A stretch of DNA of 64,000 nt. Origin: Babesia bigemina. Lineage: Eukaryota. The stretch covers positions 1,612,001 to 1,676,000 of the forward strand of contig NC_027218.1 in assembly GCF_000981445.1 (NCBI RefSeq). The letters are read 5' to 3'. Shown piece by piece: positions 58,970 through 64,000 of the stretch. Numbering within the stretch: position 1 is the first letter of the stretch; each line of letters starts with the position of its first letter. The position numbers were made by a program, and so were the translations under genes. The notes below the pieces were generated by a model. That model did no database searches. It was not told the origin of the DNA and saw only the letters and a program-made list of their open reading frames with translations.

Positions 58970-60256
58970 ATGGACGACGATGATTATCACATAGACCCCG
59001 AGTTCCTCCGGAAGTTCAGCGACCAGTACGGCGACGTCGACCACCCGCTCTTCTGGGACGAGATTCCACGTGAGCCGCCCTCAGCGTAGCGCCCCAAAGC
59101 GAGCAGGTGACCCGGCGGGTAACGAGGACCTCGAGGCGCTGCAGCAGCTCCTGGCGGACGGCGAAACGAGGGAGTCTATCGCGGAAAAGTACAAGGTAGG
59201 GAATGATGCGCCGCTGGGACATCCGCAACCAGGAAGTGGGAAACGGCTACGTGCAGCAGGGGGCGTACTACTACGACGCGGCGATATCCAGCTACACCAA
59301 GGGGATAGACGCGCAGGGCAAGAACGAGAAGCTGAACGCGCAGCTCTACGTCAACAGGGCGCTGGTCCACCTAAAGAAAAGTACGGCGGCGGCAGCGTGC
59401 GTAACAGTGCTTGCAGGGGACTTCGTGAAGTGCGTCGATGACTGCAGAAACGCCATCAAGCGGGATCCGACCAACGTGAAAGCGTACGTTCAGCACGCCG
59501 GTGCGCGGCATGCCACTGCAGGTACTACAGGGGCGCTGCGGCGGCGTACGAGCTGGAGCTGTACAAGAAAGCGCTCGCCTTCTGCATCGCTTACCACGAC
59601 CACGTGAAGGAACACGGCGAAACTGGCGCCGATGACCTTCCGGCGACCCTGGAGGCCGGGAGCCCCGACCTGCTCAACGTGTACAAGCGCACCATCGACC
59701 GGCTGCGGGAACGGGACGAGCAAATTGCGGCAATCAAGAAGCGCGAGGACAAATCGAAGGAGGAGGAGCTGACGGCGACCAGGGGCGTCCTGAAGCTGCT
59801 GACGGCGAACGGTACGGAACCACTGACATGCGCCAACGCCTCTCAGGGATAAAACTGCAACCGAACCTCTACGAAATACCGCAGTCGCAGAACGTCGTGT
59901 TCTACCAGGACAACGGGTGCCTGCACACGTCGTGCCTGCTGATATACGACGAGCTGGGCGTCACGGACTACATCGAGAACTTCGACTACTCCACCACCGT
60001 GGGCGACCACCTGGACGTCATGTTCCAGGACCAGCACGGCGAGAAGGCGTTCAAGCGGCACAACTCGAAGTGCTTCTACGAGGTTGGTTGCGGTTGCTGG
60101 CGCGCTTAGGAAGTGCAGACGGCGAGAGGCGACTACCACGAATTCGGGACGCACGAGACCCTGGCCACCATCATCTACGTGACGAAGGTGGCCTACAGGG
60201 TCGCGCCTGTGCACGTGGTGCATAAGGATTTCGACATTAAAACCCTGATAAGTTAA
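58970..60256 (+). CDS. TTC4/Cns1-like TPR co-chaperone, 7 exons
   Basis: HPLFWDEIP, EDLEALQQL, TPR segments YKEVGN..YTKGI..LYVNRA..KAYYRGA; six canonical introns. Confidence 0.82.
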
Positions 60257-61998
60257 ATGAAGTATATGCCGCCCAAGAAGGTCTTCACGAACTCGTTGAA
60301 GGCGCCCGATACGTCCGTTAGGCTCAGGCTCTCCGACGGCAGCGTGAGGTACATCTCCCTGAGAACGTTAGCTGCCAGGCACCGGTACAGTACCTGCCGT
60401 TGGACACCTGGGCGCTGCACCAACCCTGCTTGGAGCGTACGTGCATGCGCGTTATGACCTCCAAACTCGACTCGATCAGATGGTGGATGCCGCGTATGAC
60501 CTGCAGCTCCCGCAACGCCTTCTCGTCAATTTCGTTGTAGCCGACGCTGAAAGGCGATAGGTGCCACACCACAGAGTCTACAAACCTCCTGATAGTCTTC
60601 GTCACGGCGTTGATGGACACCGTGCGCAACTTGGACGCCACGGGTGGTTGGCTGAGCGACTTCAAGAGCGCCCCCATGCCGTTAGGCGTTCCCGAGAGGT
60701 ACTCCTTGATGCTGCTCAACGTGAACATCACGTCGTCACACTGCAGCAGGAGCACCAGGTATAGGCCGCCCATGCAGACCACGCCCAGGTGGTACGCCTG
60801 CCCGTTAATGTGGACCTTCGGGCTGAAGGCGTCGCCCGACTCGGACTTCATAATGTGCGCCTCGCCGACGCCCTCTCCGTCGGCCAAGGGCTTCATACGC
60901 AGCTCCTGCCGCTCGGACACCTGGGTAGCTGTTGTGGCATTCGGACGCGCAACTAACGCTGCCTTGGTGCTTTATGAGATACGTGTACAGCGCCAGCATG
61001 TTGTCCAGGTCCAGGCTGGAAGTGACTTAAAGGGCCAACAGTAACGCTTACGACGAGTGGAGCACTTCTTTGTTGTGGATGAAAACGTAGTCGTGCACCG
61101 CCTCAAACTCGCTGCAGAGGTCGGCGATCAGCGTCTGCAAACGGTGCCGACGGCAACGACGAGGAAAGATACCTGCGCGTCCAAGGTGCTCAGTGCGCTG
61201 GCATGCGATTTGTACGACGCATTCCATGCTGACGCCAATTTGAGTTAACGCTCCCATGCACGAACCATTCAGAATGTTGAACGAGTCGCCCGCGGCCTTC
61301 GTGATGAAGGAAGGCAGGAAGTCCTCGAAGGCACGCCTCACACTCTCGAGATTAGATGACGCATTGCCGTCACTCGCATTAAGTAGATCGCGCAGAGGGC
61401 CATGCAGCAGCTCGAAAAGCTTTTTTGCGTTTTCGAGCACGACCTTGGTCATGTAGTGCTTCCAATGGTGGCTGTACTCGGCCATCTCATTCCAGGAGTT
61501 CTCCTCATTCTTGAAACACTGCGGCTCCATAACCACACGGCATTCGTAGCGATTACATGCATAACACGAAAAATTCAGGTTCGCAGCATCTACCAACAAG
61601 GCGCCACTGGATGAGGTGCGCCAGGTTGCTGCAGTTGCCCGCCTCCAAACTCGGATGCACAAAACCGAACAATACGCGCACGCGAAAACACTCACCACAA
61701 CGAGGTATATCCCGTCACACCACTCGCTGATGGTTGTCGTGAAGAGCTTAGTACGCAAAAAGTCTATCTTGTGCTTGGTGAAGGAGGCAAGCAGCACGAG
61801 CAGGCCCTCGATCAGGCCTAAATGCGATCGGCGTTCCTCCACTTCCCTGTGATCTGGGTAGTAGTACAGCAGCTTGGCATCCTAAGCACGTTATTGGCGA
61901 GGAAGTCATGCGCCTACCTGAACTTCCTCGTCGGTCGGATTCGGCGAGGACGGTGCCCGGTTGACGTCGAACACAAAGATGGTGCTCACGTTACTCAT
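60253..61998 (-). CDS. CCZ1-like longin-domain protein (Mon1-Ccz1 Rab7 GEF subunit), multi-exon
   Basis: IFVFD..EEVQ|DAKLLYYYP..ERRSHLGLIEGLL..SFT matches the Ccz1/Intu longin-1 start; C-terminal GWCSAQVSNG|REMYL..FLGGIYFI; canonical introns. Confidence 0.72.
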
Positions 61999-62034
61999 CG
62001 CACCTACATAGTAACACACATCAACGTCAAGTCG

Positions 62035-62290
62035 CTAATAGAAGCCCCTGTAAGCCGCTGCACAGCGATTAGGCTGCGTTGTCAACGCGGAATTCCTTAC
62101 CCATGCACAGCGCACCTGCTCCGAAGAGGGAGCTGAAAATACGATCGACAGGCCGCCCTTTGGCTCTACGAGCGCACGAGAAGGCGTAAACCGCGACTCC
62201 GCTGAACAGCACGGTGCCGGTAACGCGGCAAAATGTGCAGTCTTCACTGCGCTTCTCTGCCGCCACGGATTCTACGGAGGAATTTTCCAT
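62035..62290 (-). CDS. Small DUF4536/DMAC1-like two-TM protein, 2 exons
   Basis: EDCTFCRVTG followed by two TM segments; intron ~62058-62100. Confidence 0.65.
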
Positions 62291-62419
62291 AAAGCCGCGG
62301 AGACACACCCACAAGAGGAGGATGCGTGATCAAATCCACCTTCAAATCGACGGAGAAACTGCCGATAAACAAGAAGACACCGAGCTGGGCACAGAAGCAG
62401 AGATTCTTAGGTCAGCGCA

Positions 62420-63127
62420 ATGATGGACAAGCACGATTCCGGCGTAACCAACGGAAGTAGGTGTCACAGCCCTGCGTTTACACAATAAATAATACTTTCT
62501 CCCATGCTGTGTTGCAGCCGACCAGGACCCCGCCGCCCACAAACGACCTGCCGACGCTCTTCTCGGGGACCCGGAAACGACGGCACTGGCGCCGACCCGC
62601 ACACTGAAAACACAGGGCGGTGTTCGAGTTTATAGTGAGTATAACTTTTCAAAGCAATATCGCGTTATCAGCTCACCAACCCAGTTCCGGCCTGGAGAAG
62701 AAGAGCGTACACATAGACAGACCGGTAAGGTGGCAGCATCGTGGCGCACAGTCTGTTCTAGGAAACGACGTCGAGCGAGTTGGACGCGCGTCTGGAGGCA
62801 GGCTCGCTAAACAAGACAGCTGAAGAAACGCCTACTGCCATAATTGACATCCCGAAAGAGCGTTTCGACATCTGCATACAAACTGCCGACCCCTGTCCGC
62901 AGCTGATTGAGGACAACTCTGCGACCGAGCACGCCACTTCACCGAACGATGAGCTAGGTCTTCCGGCGTTGTCTGAGCTACCGAACGACATTCGTGAAGT
63001 TTTGGAGGCAGTCAGTTCCACATTGGAAGAGCTGTCGCAGGCCGTGAAACGCTTGGAAAGCACGCAAAAGGTCATCCTCAGGCGCGTGAAACGTAAAAGC
63101 AGCTACAACCAGTTCTTCCTCGACTGA
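62420..63127 (+). CDS. Hypothetical protein with a C-terminal coiled coil, about 4 exons (start uncertain)
   Basis: Three GT-AG introns can join ATG 62420 in frame to the 62762-63127 exon (..LEELSQAVKRLESTQKVILRRVKRK..). Confidence 0.5.
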
Positions 63128-63355
63128 AGTAACGCAAGGATCGCATAGGGGGAGGCGAACTAGTGACATGAGCTTCTGAGCGGCAACGGATCTCAGCGTT
63201 AAAGGAGCACCCACTTCCCGGGGCGGAATGTAATCGCGCTGGGTGTGGAATACACGACGCTACTGTTTCGCGAACGAAAAATGAGCCCGTTCGTTCAAAT
63301 TTCGTAGCTGTTTTTTCGTAGTCGGACACGGAGCGACTTCGTCTGCGCCCTTAAC

Positions 63356-63700
63356 ATGGAGGGACACAAAATAGTTCTCTCGGACGATTTTTTACAAGAC
63401 TTCTGTCGCTCTAAAAACGCCTCGTACACCAAGACCCAGCCGGGTCGGAGCGACGAGGTCGAGAAACAGTGCCGCGGGTGGGAACACAGGCTGGCCAGGT
63501 GCCTAAACAGCTGCCAGGGCGTCATAAGCGCGAGCTGCCGGGCCTCGGAGGCTGAAGCTGGCGGCGAAACCCCGTCCGGCTACTTCAGGAAGGTGCTGGA
63601 GTGCAGCAAGGACTTCAGGGAGTACGAGGCGTGCATCCGGAGGAAGGACAAGTGGGACGCGAAGCCACAAACCGACCGCGACACCACGCACACGCAATGA
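63356..63700 (+). CDS. Small twin-CX9C-like protein (114 aa)
   Basis: CRGWEHRLARC and CSKDFREYEAC are both exact CX9C motifs. Confidence 0.65.
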   Translation: MEGHKIVLSDDFLQDFCRSKNASYTKTQPGRSDEVEKQCRGWEHRLARCLNSCQGVISASCRASEAEAGGETPSGYFRKVLECSKDFREYEACIRRKDKWDAKPQTDRDTTHTQ

Positions 63701-64000
63701 CCCATAAGTGGAGTCTTTACTAACATGAATGATAATACGTAGTGACCTGGCTGCAACCGCTACCACCGGTCTCTGCAGATGCCGCAGCAAAACGTAGACA
63801 CGTGATGAACGCACATACGACGGCTACACACGAGCGCTCTGCGGTGTCAGACGTTTCGCAAAAACATGGAAGATCGATGTGTAGGGTCGTGACTCAAGTG
63901 GCACGCGAGCGTAGCAACGTCCCGCGGTGAAGTGCCACTTCCTAAACGGGCGTGACAGCTCGGCATTCGCCGCCAGTTTAGCGTATGCGAAACCATACAC

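Overview
This is eukaryotic nuclear DNA, not prokaryotic. The genes are densely packed, with many short (mostly about 30-40 nt) GT-AG introns, an enolase carrying the plant-like EWGxxK insertion, a ves-related N-terminus and a 6-Cys-like protein. Together these point to a piroplasm, most likely Babesia sensu stricto (species not determinable here). About 28 protein genes and one tRNA-Asn(GTT) are supported. Recognisable products include a P4-ATPase (runs off the window start), CCDC47-like, HCNGP/SAP30BP-like, RAB5IF/EMC6-family, PRP46, a ~4100-aa Tra1/TRRAP pseudokinase, a calpain-7-like protease, RuvBL1, enolase, SPF30, TFIIH p62-like, SART1, a Sel1-repeat protein, a divergent multi-AP2 protein, an ABHD17-like hydrolase, dPGM, a NAT8-like GNAT, an ER DnaJ-thioredoxin, TTC4/Cns1, CCZ1-like, DUF4536-like and a twin-CX9C protein. 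An AT-richer, gene-sparse island (~27.9-36.3 kb) holds two multigene-family-type genes. Best leads: (1) a 360-nt PGM intron, roughly ten times the local norm, that folds into a ~235-nt rod/multibranch RNA and hides an in-frame candidate cassette exon; (2) an AP2-like domain split by a Cys-rich insertion; (3) an apparent GG-AG intron; (4) a P4-ATPase with an altered TM4 substrate site. All identifications are by-eye motif recognition; no searches or folding programs were run.
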